Assembly (NCBI GenBank): GCA_965217775.1
Contig: CBDCJH010000002.1
Span: 928,001-992,000, forward strand
Length of the DNA: 64,000 bases
DNA from: Acidobacteriota bacterium
GTDB lineage: Bacteria; Acidobacteriota; UBA6911; RPQK01; JAJDTT01
Direction of reading: 5' to 3'
Each line of letters starts with the position of its first letter. The first letter of the stretch is position 1. Of the stretch, positions 38,721 to 48,834 are shown piece after piece. The notes under the pieces are model-generated. The model worked only from the letters and a program-made list of their open reading frames with translations. It was not told where the DNA came from and ran no database searches. The translations under genes and the position numbers were made by a program.

Positions 38721-39294
38721 CACGAAGGCGGAAGGCGCCGGATCCTTGGAGGTGGGGCCCAACTCGGTTCTCATCTACAAGAGCTACTCGGGTCCCGTGG
38801 AACGGGAGTGGATCCTGCGGGTGGCGCGTTTCGGTCCCGACGTGGTCTTGGAGTGGGAGTCCTACGCCAATCAGGGGACCCTCCATCTCTTTCGCAACTC
38901 CGTGCTCAAGGGGACCAGCTTCAGTCTCTTCGGCCTCTTCGAACCGGGTGTGGAGAAAGAGTCCAAGAAGGTCATGACGGTCTGGGTCTCCCGGAAGACC
39001 TATGGTGAGCTCGTGGCGACAGGCAGGACCCGGATCAAGGTGAATCGCTTTCCCCGCCAGCTTGAATTGCTGGAGGAAGATCGATTTCGGCTCCGTTTGA
39101 ATCGGCGTCCATACGAAGTTCCCGTGATCCGGGTAGAGGATGATCGAGGCGCCGAATGGGTGTTGTTGAAGGACCCGGACAACCCCATCCTGCTGGAATA
39201 CACGGAACGCAAATATCGTCTCGCCCTGACCAGTTTCCAGACCCGGTCCCAGGTTGCGCTGCGTTGGCTTCGCCGGCTCCCGCCGGTGAAATAG
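38665..39294 (+). CDS. hypothetical secreted protein inside the rib operon
   Basis: 209-aa ORF with a signal-peptide-like N-terminus, filling the gap between ribE and ribBA. Confidence 0.65.
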   Translation: MWKHTFVTILGSLLIFPASTKAEGAGSLEVGPNSVLIYKSYSGPVEREWILRVARFGPDVVLEWESYANQGTLHLFRNSVLKGTSFSLFGLFEPGVEKESKKVMTVWVSRKTYGELVATGRTRIKVNRFPRQLELLEEDRFRLRLNRRPYEVPVIRVEDDRGAEWVLLKDPDNPILLEYTERKYRLALTSFQTRSQVALRWLRRLPPVK

Positions 39295-39321
39295 GGGAAA
39301 TAACAGGAGTTAGCTTCAGAC

Positions 39322-40458
39322 ATGAGCCTGGATTCCATCGAAAGTGCCATCGAGGACATCTACGACGGCAAGATGATCATCGTGGTGGACGAGGAGGACC
39401 GCGAGAACGAGGGTGACTTGACCATGGCGGCCGAACGGGTGACGCCGGAGAGCATCAATTTCATGGCCACCCACGGACGCGGCCTGATCTGCATGCCCAT
39501 GACGCCCGAACGGCTGGATCGTCTGGAGATTCCTCTCATGGTCTCCAGGAACGAGTCGATGTACGAGACCGCCTTCTGCGTCAGCATCGAGGGCCGTCGG
39601 AACGTCTCCACCGGAATCTCGGCCGCGGACCGGGCCACCACCATCCTGACCGCCATCGATCCCCGCACGCGTCCGGAAGACCTGATCCGGCCGGGGCACG
39701 TTTTCCCGCTACGGGCCCGCCCCGGAGGAGTCCTGGAACGGGCTGGCCAGACCGAAGCGGCCGTGGACCTGGCCCGGATCGCCGGCCTCGACCCGGCCGG
39801 CGTCATCTGCGAGATCATGAACGAGGACGGCACCATGGCGCGGTTGCCCGACCTCCAGCGTTTCGCCGCGAGGCACGGCATCAAGATCGTATCGGTCGTC
39901 GACCTGATGAAGTTCAGGCTCCGGACCGAGCGGTTCGTCAAACGCATCCAGGAGACTCCCTTCGAGAGCGAGCAGGGCAGGTTCCAACTGCTCCTGTATG
40001 AGAATGAGCTGGACGGGAACCGTCACCTGGTCCTGACCAAGGGGAGGGTGAACACTGATGAACCGGTCCTGGTTCGGGTCCACTCTGCCCTGCTCCTGGG
40101 AGACGTCTTTTCCGGATTGAAGCATGACTCGGGACGCGAGCTCCGGAAGGCGTTGGAGCTGATCCAGGCGGAGGGCCGGGGAGTCCTGGTCTACCTTCGG
40201 TACACGGACAAGGAGGACCGGCTGCTGCGGGAGATCACCGGGGAGATCCAGTATCCCGCCAACTTCCGGGACTACGGCGTCGGAGCCCAGATTCTGGCCG
40301 ACCTGGGTCTGCGCAACATCCGGGTGCTCACCAACCACCCCAAGAAGATCGTCGGTCTGGAGGGCTTCAAGCTGAACGTGGTGGAGCAGTTGAGCATTCC
40401 GGTGCACGGTGAGGGAGACAGGCAAGAGGAACAGCGGGGGGTGCGGGGCGAGAAGTGA
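39322..40458 (+). CDS. ribB: DHBP synthase fused to a degenerate GTP cyclohydrolase II domain (RibBA/RibBX-like)
   Basis: DEEDRENEGD, PGHVFPL, GQTEAAVDL, CEIMNEDG. The C-domain reads VRVHSALLLGD and lacks the Zn-binding Cys residues. Confidence 0.88.
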   Translation: MSLDSIESAIEDIYDGKMIIVVDEEDRENEGDLTMAAERVTPESINFMATHGRGLICMPMTPERLDRLEIPLMVSRNESMYETAFCVSIEGRRNVSTGISAADRATTILTAIDPRTRPEDLIRPGHVFPLRARPGGVLERAGQTEAAVDLARIAGLDPAGVICEIMNEDGTMARLPDLQRFAARHGIKIVSVVDLMKFRLRTERFVKRIQETPFESEQGRFQLLLYENELDGNRHLVLTKGRVNTDEPVLVRVHSALLLGDVFSGLKHDSGRELRKALELIQAEGRGVLVYLRYTDKEDRLLREITGEIQYPANFRDYGVGAQILADLGLRNIRVLTNHPKKIVGLEGFKLNVVEQLSIPVHGEGDRQEEQRGVRGEK

Positions 40459-40475
40459 GGATTGGAGCCGCGGCA

Positions 40476-40565
40476 GGAGCGGCGACTTTTGATCGCCGAC
40501 TCTTTATCCGGCCACGTTTTGTTCCACTTTGCCCCGAAGAGGGCACCCACAAGGGGCGCCCCTAC
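40476..40565. repeat. REP inverted doublet between convergent genes
   Basis: GGAGCGGCGACTTTTGATCGCCG (+) and GTAGGGGCGCCCCTTGTGGGTGCCC (-). The GTAG includes the VWA stop codon. Confidence 0.65.
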
Positions 40566-41593
40566 TTTTCTTTCTCTTCGGCCAGGTAACCTCTCCGGTG
40601 GGCGACCTTGAGCTTGTCGATCTTGCCGTCCCCGTTGACGTCCACCTTCACTTCCACCTTGATCCGGCGTAGCTTCCCATCCTTTTTGGTGTTGGTCGTG
40701 ATATAGCCCAAGGAGTACTGGTTCCGGAGAAGATTGGCGATGGTCAGAAAGATGTTGCGAAACTGGGTCGTGAAGCGGGGGAAGAACGCTTCTCCTCCGG
40801 TGTACTTGGCCATCTCCTTCAAGACCACGTCGGCTTGGTAGAAGTCCATCCTCGTTGAGCTCGAAAAGTGTTGTTCGTACCGGAGCCTCAGATTCTGGCC
40901 GATGCTGACGGGATAGATCACCGCGTTGGTTCTCTTGACCTTGTCCAGGGTCTCTCCCATGTTCTTTCTGCTGAAGGTGTCCAAGCCGGTCGAGATGAGC
41001 ACGACGGCGGTCTTGCCCTCCGCCTCTTCGATTCGATCCAGGACGTCGAATATGGTGTCGTAGAGGTTGCTCTCCCGAAAGCCGGGGAAGTTCAGGCGCT
41101 GGAGGGCTCGAAACACCTCGAATTTGTCCTGGGTGAAGTCCACCAGGATTTCCGGCTTCAGGTCGTAGGCGACCACGGCGATCCAGTCATCCTTTCGCAT
41201 GTTCTCCGCGAAGATTCGGGACCCGAGCCAGGATTCGTAGAGCATCTCCCAGGGCAGGACGGCGCTGTATTCGGTCACCAGGACGGCCGTGATGGGAGCT
41301 TCGATGGGGCTGAAGTGAGTGAGCTTCTGCTTCACCTTGTTTTCATAGACGTCGAAGTGCTCTTGCTGGAGCCCTTGGATCAGGTTGCCTTTGCGGTCAC
41401 GCACGGTGACGTCCAACCGCACTTGATCGACCTTTACGGTCAGGGCGGCCCGGCCCTGGGGCCGATCCCTTTCCTCCTCGATCTGCCGGGATGGACGGTC
41501 CGACGTCTGGCTCACGGCCTGGCCCATCGTTTGCGCCAGTCCGGTGGTGACGAGGAGGGTAGCCAGCAACAGAAGTCTCGGCGATGGTTTCAT
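40562..41593 (-). CDS. VWA domain protein with a degenerate MIDAS
   Basis: VRLDVTVRD..G, SNLYD, STGLDT, LRNQYSLGY. DxSxS is replaced by EYSAV. Confidence 0.82.
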   Translation of the reverse strand: MKPSPRLLLLATLLVTTGLAQTMGQAVSQTSDRPSRQIEEERDRPQGRAALTVKVDQVRLDVTVRDRKGNLIQGLQQEHFDVYENKVKQKLTHFSPIEAPITAVLVTEYSAVLPWEMLYESWLGSRIFAENMRKDDWIAVVAYDLKPEILVDFTQDKFEVFRALQRLNFPGFRESNLYDTIFDVLDRIEEAEGKTAVVLISTGLDTFSRKNMGETLDKVKRTNAVIYPVSIGQNLRLRYEQHFSSSTRMDFYQADVVLKEMAKYTGGEAFFPRFTTQFRNIFLTIANLLRNQYSLGYITTNTKKDGKLRRIKVEVKVDVNGDGKIDKLKVAHRRGYLAEEKEK

Positions 41594-41775
41594 GGTTTCT
41601 CCCAGGCTTTAGGGCACCGATTGGATTACCTTCATATTAACATATGGAGAGTCTCCCGACCGGGACCCTCGCCCCAACCAATTCCGTCGCATCATCAGGA
41701 TCCGTTTCATCGGAAAGACGTTTTCCCTCTCACTCCTCATTCCTCACTCCTCCTCCGGATGGTAGAATCGGGCCA

Positions 41776-42696
41776 GTGGATTCCGAAGGGAAAGAAAAGA
41801 AACTCTTTCAAGCCCTGGAGCGGTATCGTCGAGTCGTCGTGGCTTTCAGCGGCGGCGTCGACAGCAGTTACCTGGCCTTCTGCGCCCACCGGGTATTGGG
41901 CAACGAATCGCGTGCCGTCACGGCCCTTTCGCCCTCCGTTTCCGGGTACCAGCGCCGGCTGGCTCTGGATTTCGCCCGGCGCTACGAGTTGAATCACACG
42001 CTGATCGAGACTCGGGAGACGGACAATCCCGACTACGCCCGGAATCCCACGAATCGATGCTACTTCTGCAAGGATGAACTCTACGTTCACCTGAAGAGAT
42101 TGGTCCAGGAATGGAATGCGGAAGCGATTCTGGACGGCTCGAACCTGGACGACATCGGCGACTACCGGCCTGGCCGGCGCGCCTCTCGAGAGCAGGGCGT
42201 CCTGAGTCCCTTCATCGACGTGAAGCTGAGCAAGGACGAGATCCGGTCCCTGTCCCTCAAATGGGGTCTCCCCACCTGGGACCTTCCGGCCATGCCCTGT
42301 CTCTCCTCCCGCTTTCCCTACGGTGTCGCCATCACCGAGGAGAAGCTGCAACAGGTCGACGCGGCCGAAGCGTACATCCGGAGCCTGGGGGTGATCAGCT
42401 TCCGGGTGCGTCACCACGAGGAACTGGCTCGGATCGAGGTCGACCGCGCGGAGCGGCACAAGCTGATGGACCCGGATCTCTTCGACGACATCAACCGGAA
42501 GTTCCGCTCCCTCGGATATAGCTATGTCACTCTGGATCTGCAGAGTTTTCGATCCGGCTCCCTGAATCAGGTGGTGAACCTGGAACTTTCTTCCGGACAG
42601 ACCAAGCAGTCTGCGGGGAAAGTCCCACGCAGCACCGAGACCGGGGCTGCGCCCGCCGGACAAGGCGCTCTGAGGAAGCATACCGGGAGTATGTGA
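41776..42696 (+). CDS. larE: ATP-dependent sacrificial sulfur transferase LarE-like, with a MITE-derived C-terminus
   Basis: VAFSGGVDS, RCYFCK, DYRPG, PCLSSRFPYG, RVRHH, VTLDL..FRSGS. Confidence 0.88.
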   Translation: MDSEGKEKKLFQALERYRRVVVAFSGGVDSSYLAFCAHRVLGNESRAVTALSPSVSGYQRRLALDFARRYELNHTLIETRETDNPDYARNPTNRCYFCKDELYVHLKRLVQEWNAEAILDGSNLDDIGDYRPGRRASREQGVLSPFIDVKLSKDEIRSLSLKWGLPTWDLPAMPCLSSRFPYGVAITEEKLQQVDAAEAYIRSLGVISFRVRHHEELARIEVDRAERHKLMDPDLFDDINRKFRSLGYSYVTLDLQSFRSGSLNQVVNLELSSGQTKQSAGKVPRSTETGAAPAGQGALRKHTGSM

Positions 42697-42766
42697 CCGA
42701 GGAGCAACGCGTCTCCGCCGGGATGCAGACCCGGTCGAATGCCGTGATGACTTTTGCCGCGGGCTG
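42607..42766 (-). mobile_element. MITE family A, copy 7 (degenerate, 160 bp)
   Basis: CAGTCTGCGGGGAAAGTC...GACTTTTGCCGCGGGCTG. Flanks are CAAG/CTTG, so there is no direct duplication. Confidence 0.85.
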
Positions 42767-42837
42767 CTTGGGCTCCTGACGCCCGTACTCACGCTTGCTA
42801 CCCATTGGAGACCGTCTTGATTTACTTGGATCGCCTG

Positions 42838-44583
42838 ATGGATTCCGTCCGCCGTTCGGCCCGTACGGCGGGTCAGCCAAGGGCAACCGGAGAGGGCAGG
42901 CTGCCGGTATGGGGGCTGCTGGTCCTCGTGGCCTCCGGGCTCCTCTCCTGCCGTCCGGAGGAGCCCGGCCCGGGCGCCACCATCGCTTCCCGGGGCATGG
43001 TGGTCAGCTCCAATCCACTGGCCAGCCAGGCGGGTGTCGATGTCATGCGAGAGGGCGGCAACGCCATCGACGCCGCCGTCTCCGTGAGCTTCGCGCTTGC
43101 CGTGGTGCACCCCATCGCCGGCAACGTGGGAGGCGGAGGATTCCTGCTCTACCACGACGCCGAAACCGGCAGGGAGATCAGCGTGGACTATCGCGAGATG
43201 GCGCCCGCCGCCGCCGGTCGCGACATGTACCTGGACGCTACGGGAGAGGTGGTCCCGGAGTTGTCCACCGTGGGATACCTGGCGTCGGGAGTTCCGGGGT
43301 CCGTGGCCGGGCTTCACTTGGCCTGGAGTCGTTTCGGGACGCTTTCCTGGAGCCGCTTGCTGGAGCCGGCCATCGTTCTGGCCCGGAACGGTTTCGTGGT
43401 GGAGGAATACTTCAGCCGATCGCTGGAATCGGCCGTTCCCCTGTTGGAGCGTTTCGATGAGAGCCGCCGCATCTTTCTGCCGGGCGGAAGTCCCCCTGCG
43501 CCGGGCCAGACCTTCACCCAGCCCGACTTGGCGCGCACACTGGAGGCGATTGCCCGGGACGGCGCCGAGGGGTTCTACGGGGGCGAGATCGCGGAGCTGA
43601 TCGAACGGGACATGGAGGCCCACGCCGGGATCATGACCCGGGAAGATCTGGCCAACTATGTCGCCCGGATCCGGCCTCCGGTCCGGGGCCGTTACCGGGG
43701 CTGTGAAGTCGTGTCCATGGGGCCTCCCAGCTCCGGGGGCGTGATCCTCATCGAAATGCTGAACATGTTGGAGTTGGCCGGCCGCCGGCAGGACACCACA
43801 GCGCGATTTCACCTGCTGGCGGAGTGCATGCGCCGGGCCTTCGCCGACCGGGCCGCGACCATGGGAGACGCGGATTTCGCCGAGGTGCCCGTCGATCGGC
43901 TCCTGTCCAGGGAACATGCCCGGGAACGGTTGGAGGATCTGGACGAAACGGCCGCCACCGAGAGCAGGCAGGTTGCTGCGGGGCCGCTGGGGGAGGAGTC
44001 GCCCCAGACCACGCATCTCTCGGTGGTGGATCCCGAGGGGAGCGCGGTGGCCATCACCACCACCATCAACGGCAATTTCGGTTCCGGCGTGACCGTCAAG
44101 GGGGCGGGGTTCCTGCTGAACAATGAAATGGACGACTTCACGTCCCGAGCGGGGGTCCCCAACATGTTCGGACTGATCCAGGGTGAGGCCAACGCCATCG
44201 CTCCCGGAAAACGGCCGCTGAGCGCCATGACGCCCACCCTGGTCAAGCAGGACGGCGAGGTGTTGCTGGTTCTGGGGAGTCCCGGTGGCCCCGCCATCAT
44301 CAACACGGTTCTGCAGATCATTCTCAATGTGCTGGACGAGGGGATGGATCTGTATGAGGCGGTCGATGAGCCCCGAATCCACCACCAGTGGATGCCCGAC
44401 CGGATCGTCGCCGAGACCGGAGCTCTCTCCCGAGAGGTCGAAGCCGAGTTGGAGTCGCTGGGACACGAAGTGGTCTATCGCGGCCGGATCGGCGATGCTC
44501 ACTGCATCCGGGTGGACCCCGTCAGCGGCTTGCGGGAAGGTGTGGCCGACCCTCGCCTCTGGGGCGAGGCGCGCGGTTTCTGA
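42838..44583 (+). CDS. ggt: gamma-glutamyltransferase (possible lipoprotein)
   Basis: GGNAIDAA, GGGGF, DYREMAP, PPSSGG, TTHLSVVD, LNNEMDDF, KRPLSAMTP, GSPGG. Confidence 0.94.
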   Translation: MDSVRRSARTAGQPRATGEGRLPVWGLLVLVASGLLSCRPEEPGPGATIASRGMVVSSNPLASQAGVDVMREGGNAIDAAVSVSFALAVVHPIAGNVGGGGFLLYHDAETGREISVDYREMAPAAAGRDMYLDATGEVVPELSTVGYLASGVPGSVAGLHLAWSRFGTLSWSRLLEPAIVLARNGFVVEEYFSRSLESAVPLLERFDESRRIFLPGGSPPAPGQTFTQPDLARTLEAIARDGAEGFYGGEIAELIERDMEAHAGIMTREDLANYVARIRPPVRGRYRGCEVVSMGPPSSGGVILIEMLNMLELAGRRQDTTARFHLLAECMRRAFADRAATMGDADFAEVPVDRLLSREHARERLEDLDETAATESRQVAAGPLGEESPQTTHLSVVDPEGSAVAITTTINGNFGSGVTVKGAGFLLNNEMDDFTSRAGVPNMFGLIQGEANAIAPGKRPLSAMTPTLVKQDGEVLLVLGSPGGPAIINTVLQIILNVLDEGMDLYEAVDEPRIHHQWMPDRIVAETGALSREVEAELESLGHEVVYRGRIGDAHCIRVDPVSGLREGVADPRLWGEARGF

Positions 44584-44591
44584 ACAGCCGC

Positions 44592-45950
44592 CTAATTTCC
44601 GGCCAGAATGAACCGGAGGTCCATCACGTTGGTCTGGGTGGGGCCGGTGATGATGAGGTCGCCCAGCGTCTCGAAATAGTGGTAGGAGTCGTTGTCGCTC
44701 AGGTAAGACTCCAAATCGAGGCCCAGTGAGCGGGACCTCCGCGCGGTTTCCGGAGTGGCCCAGGCCCCGGCCGCGTCGGTGGGACCATCGTTGCCGTCGG
44801 AACCGATGGAGGAGATGAGGACCGGCTCGTCTCCCCAACTCTCCATCTCCCGAGCGCACCAGAGCGCGAACTCCTGGTTCCTGCCCCCCTTTCCCGATCC
44901 GGTCACTCTGACCGTGGTCTCTCCTCCGGAGATGATGCAGCAGGGCGGAGCCACGGGGAGGCCGCTCTGCAGGACTTCCCGGGCGATGCCTACGTGGACC
45001 TTGGCGACGTCCTCCGTGTTGCCGTAGATGGAAGAGGAAAGAACCAGGGGAGTGAAGCCCAGGCGCCGGGCTTCGGCCGCCGCCGCCTTCAGAGCCAGGA
45101 TGTTGCTTCCCACCACCCTGTTCTGCACCTTCGCGAAGGCTGGGTCGTTCTCCTTGAGCGTCTCCCGGGGGGCGTCAACTCCACCGGCGGCGCCTTCCTG
45201 CAGATACCGCAGCACGAGACCGGGAACTGCGGTTCGGATGCCGTACTGTCTCAGGATTCCCAGACAATCTTCGAAGCGGGTGGGATCGGGTACGGTGGGT
45301 CCCGAGGCGATGCTGCTCAGGTCGTCGCCGACCACGTCGGAGAGGAGCAGGGAAACGACCCGGGCACCGTGGGTGTGCAGCAGCAGGCGGCCTCCCTTGA
45401 AGCGGCTCAGGTGCTTCCGGATCGCGTTGATCTCATGGATGGTCGCGCCCGAGTTCAAGAGGACGGAGGTGGCCGCCTGCTTGTCCGCCAGCGTGATTCC
45501 CGGGACCGGGCAGGGAGTCAAGGCCGAGCCGCCTCCCGATATGAGCACCAGGAGCAGGTCGTTGGAGGTCAGGTTCCGGTCCAGGAATTCCAGGATCCGA
45601 GACGCGGCGGCAACGCCGTTCTCATCCGGTTCGGGATGTCCGGCCTCCAGCACCCGGGTCTTGTCCAGGACTCCGCCGTGCCCGTACTTGACCACCACCA
45701 GACCCCGGCTCAGACGGTCTCCCAGGATCTGCTCGACGGCGGCGGCCATGGGGACGGCGGCCTTCCCGGCGCCGGCCAGGAAGACCTTGCGGAACTCCCT
45801 CAGCGGATAGGTCCGGTCGCCCACGCGAAGCGCTTCCTGGTCCAGAGACAAAGAGTCTCGAACCACTTGGCCGGGGTCGACCGCCGCCAGAGCCGCACGG
45901 TAGACAAGCTCGAGGACCCTCTCCAACTGGAACGACTTCCCGCCGGTCAT
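44592..45950 (-). CDS. glycerate 2-kinase (MOFRL/TtuD type)
   Basis: GAGKAA..MA, AGHPEPD, LISGGGSAL, RKHLS..KGG, GGETTV, GGRNQE, TNVMD. The ATG at 45950 overlaps the upstream stop. Confidence 0.92.
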   Translation of the reverse strand: MTGGKSFQLERVLELVYRAALAAVDPGQVVRDSLSLDQEALRVGDRTYPLREFRKVFLAGAGKAAVPMAAAVEQILGDRLSRGLVVVKYGHGGVLDKTRVLEAGHPEPDENGVAAASRILEFLDRNLTSNDLLLVLISGGGSALTPCPVPGITLADKQAATSVLLNSGATIHEINAIRKHLSRFKGGRLLLHTHGARVVSLLLSDVVGDDLSSIASGPTVPDPTRFEDCLGILRQYGIRTAVPGLVLRYLQEGAAGGVDAPRETLKENDPAFAKVQNRVVGSNILALKAAAAEARRLGFTPLVLSSSIYGNTEDVAKVHVGIAREVLQSGLPVAPPCCIISGGETTVRVTGSGKGGRNQEFALWCAREMESWGDEPVLISSIGSDGNDGPTDAAGAWATPETARRSRSLGLDLESYLSDNDSYHYFETLGDLIITGPTQTNVMDLRFILAGN

Positions 45951-47083
45951 GACTTGTCGAATCCGGTCCAGTACGGCCTCTCGACGCGGCCCGGCGGGGG
46001 AGTGGTGCGCGACAGGTTCAGTCGTATGGGGTCGTTCCGGGCCGTCCACACCGGGAAGTTTTCATCAATCCGGTGCCAGACGTATCCGAGGAGGCAGCCG
46101 AACCCGAGGCTGCCCACGACGAAGCAGACGGTGGCCAGTGCGGTTCGCAACAGCATGTCCAGAAAACTCCGGGCCTGGTCCGTCGGTTTCACTTCGACGG
46201 TCCGGTCGTGGACCCACTTCACCGCCGGCGCCCATTGAACCTCTCCCAGCACGGCCTGTGCCCGGGGTTCCGGTCCCAGAAAGACGGCCAGCAGCAAGCC
46301 GCTCCGCTTGATGTAGATGCCTTCGGGAGAAAAGAACGAATGCAGCGAGTTCTGGAGTTCGAGGAAGTATTCGGCCGCCAGGGCCGGTGTCGGGTAGGCC
46401 AGCAGAAACAGGGAACCGCCCTCCGGGCCATAGTCCGCGAAGGCGACCTCGACCCGGTCCTGGAAGCCGATCTTGGCCATCAGCGGGTCGGGGAAGCGAT
46501 CGTTGTAGGCCAAGGCCGCCGGCCCCAGATAGACGCCGACGGATTCCGTGACCAGGTCCTGGCGGGGCAGGTGCAGCACCGTCACGGGATGGAGGTTGAC
46601 GATGGAGATCGCTTCCACGAGAGTCGCCACGGCGCCCTTGAGCTGATCTCTCGCCTGGGGTCCCGCCTTGGCGGTGAGACGAAACAGAAAGGGACCCCGC
46701 CAGAAAACACAACTCCTTGCTCCGTAACGGTTCTCCACGGGCAACTCGAGCCGGTCCCCGGTTCCGGGCCGCAGCAGCGAATCGAGGCGGTACAATCCGA
46801 ACGCGCCCTGCTGATGCAGCATCTCGTAGACTTCGAGCACCAGGGAGGAGTCCCCCGGCTTTTGGAGGCGCCAGCGGGAATGGGACTGAAGGGCGTATTC
46901 TTCGAGCACCGGCCGTGAAAAATCCCCGGTCGCCCGTTCCAGGTCAGCGGACTTCTCGAGCAAGCGGAATCGGTACTCGGACAGCCCCTCCAAATACCGC
47001 TGAACTCCCACGGACGCTTCCTGGGAATTGAGCGGAGCCAGGAATCCCGAAAACACGAGCACACAAAGCCAGGGAATTCTCAC
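45947..47083 (-). CDS. hypothetical membrane-anchored protein (DUF6599-like)
   Basis: Signal peptide, LEVYEM...GAFG.Y, FWRG, YPTP, C-terminal TM. Confidence 0.65.
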   Translation of the reverse strand: MRIPWLCVLVFSGFLAPLNSQEASVGVQRYLEGLSEYRFRLLEKSADLERATGDFSRPVLEEYALQSHSRWRLQKPGDSSLVLEVYEMLHQQGAFGLYRLDSLLRPGTGDRLELPVENRYGARSCVFWRGPFLFRLTAKAGPQARDQLKGAVATLVEAISIVNLHPVTVLHLPRQDLVTESVGVYLGPAALAYNDRFPDPLMAKIGFQDRVEVAFADYGPEGGSLFLLAYPTPALAAEYFLELQNSLHSFFSPEGIYIKRSGLLLAVFLGPEPRAQAVLGEVQWAPAVKWVHDRTVEVKPTDQARSFLDMLLRTALATVCFVVGSLGFGCLLGYVWHRIDENFPVWTARNDPIRLNLSRTTPPPGRVERPYWTGFDKS

Positions 47084-47102
47084 CGCTCAATCCCCTCTGC
47101 TC

Positions 47103-48737
47103 TCACTTCTCACTCCTCACTTCGGCCAATTCCTGTTTGGGATCGGCGGTTCCCAAGTCTTGAAGATACTGTTTTACACCCTCGAACAGGGCTTCGGCGA
47201 CCATTTGGCGGTTCTCGGAAGTGGTCAGAAACTTCTCTTCGGCGGGATTGCTGATGAACCCGACCTCGGTGAGGATGCTGGGCATGCTCGCTCCCATGAG
47301 CACGATGAAGGGCGCGGTCTTGACGCCACGGTTCAGGAAGGGACGGCGATGCTTCTTGATTCCCGAGAACAGGCTGGTCTGGACCACGCCGGCCAATTTG
47401 CGCGACTCGGCATTGTAGTCTCCCTTGGCGATCTGGCGCAGGAGGTCTTCGAGCTCCCCGACCGTCCGCTGGGACGCTGCGTTCTCTCGGGTGGCCACGT
47501 CCTGTTCCGAAGCGGTCTTGGCAAAATTGAGGTAGAAGGTCTCCGCCCCGGTGGCTCGCCTTCCGCGGCTTGCGTTTCCGTGAATCGAGATGAAGAGATC
47601 GGCTTTGTGCTGGTTGGCCATGGCGGTGCGCTCTTCCAGGGGGATGAAGCGGTCGTCGTCCCGGGTCAATATCACCTGGGTTCCCAGGCGTTCTTCCAGC
47701 AAGGGCTTCAGGCGTCTGGCGATGCTCAGGACCAGGTCCTTCTCCCGCAGGCCACCGGGTCCGATGGCTCCCGCATCATGGCCGCCATGCCCGGGGTCCA
47801 CCACGACTCGTCCGACCTTCAGGCCCAGCATCCGAGTGAGGGTGAGGTCTTCCTGCGGGTCGCGTTTGGCGGCTCGCGGCGTTTCCGAACTTTTTTTGCG
47901 AGTTGGAGCGGCCGGAGGGTTGGGACGAGCCTTCCGGGCAGTGCTGAACTCCCGGGTCGTCTTGGCCTTCCGTCCGGAGCCGTGACCGCGGGTATCGATG
48001 ACGATGCGGAACGGTTTGAACAGGGCGAAAACGCTGTGGTCGCGGATCTTGTGGTAGTCCAGGACCACGCGGACGACCTCCGGCCGGTTCCGGGCAACGC
48101 GGATCCGTTTGATGAAGACTCCGTCCACACTGATGGTGCGTCCATTCAGTTCGGGCCCCGGGCGGGTTCCCACCAGGTCGAAGTAAATCCGGTCGGGTGA
48201 CTTGAGCACCTGCTTCTCGAACTCCACTTCCTGGTCCAGTTGGATGACGACCCGGGTGTAGTCCTCGTTGGCGCGGTATCGAATCTCGGAGACCACCGCC
48301 AGCGGCGTCGTTTCGGGAACCGGGGACCGACGGCGGGCCGCCGTTTCCAACTGGGCGGCCCGTTCGAGGGCGGAGCGGCGATGGCGCGACTGCGGGTGTT
48401 CCCGGGCCAGGCGGCGGTAGGCGCGAATGGCTTCCTGACGGTATTCGGCCTGCGGCACACGATCGGCCATGCGGTCGTATAGGGTTGCGACGGCGTAGAG
48501 GGAATCGGCGGCGATCTCCGGCGCCGGGTCGTGGTCGACGACGCGGCGGTAGAGGGAGATGGCCTGCTGGTAATCGGGAATCGTCCGCTGGGACTCCGGT
48601 TTGACCAGCAACTCGAGTCCGAACCGGAAGGCCTTGGCGAAAGCGATTTCGGCGGGGCCGCGATCCTGACCCAAGACCAAGGACCCGCCAAACAGCACCA
48701 ATGACAGCGCCGGCAGCAGACGAAATCGGAACAGCAC
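47103..48737 (-). CDS. N-acetylmuramoyl-L-alanine amidase (TPR + AMIN + Amidase_3)
   Basis: VVDPGHGGHD, EKD, LEERT..AN, SIHGN, PSILTEVGFISN. RBS AAGGAG precedes GTG 48737. Confidence 0.92.
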   Translation of the reverse strand: MLFRFRLLPALSLVLFGGSLVLGQDRGPAEIAFAKAFRFGLELLVKPESQRTIPDYQQAISLYRRVVDHDPAPEIAADSLYAVATLYDRMADRVPQAEYRQEAIRAYRRLAREHPQSRHRRSALERAAQLETAARRRSPVPETTPLAVVSEIRYRANEDYTRVVIQLDQEVEFEKQVLKSPDRIYFDLVGTRPGPELNGRTISVDGVFIKRIRVARNRPEVVRVVLDYHKIRDHSVFALFKPFRIVIDTRGHGSGRKAKTTREFSTARKARPNPPAAPTRKKSSETPRAAKRDPQEDLTLTRMLGLKVGRVVVDPGHGGHDAGAIGPGGLREKDLVLSIARRLKPLLEERLGTQVILTRDDDRFIPLEERTAMANQHKADLFISIHGNASRGRRATGAETFYLNFAKTASEQDVATRENAASQRTVGELEDLLRQIAKGDYNAESRKLAGVVQTSLFSGIKKHRRPFLNRGVKTAPFIVLMGASMPSILTEVGFISNPAEEKFLTTSENRQMVAEALFEGVKQYLQDLGTADPKQELAEVRSEK

Positions 48738-48834
48738 AGTCACACTCCTTTGGCCCCGGGGTGGACTGATACCGCCCGCAATTGTACACACTGCGGCTGT
48801 CAAGTTCGAAGCAGGGGGGGCGGATGAGCTGGAG

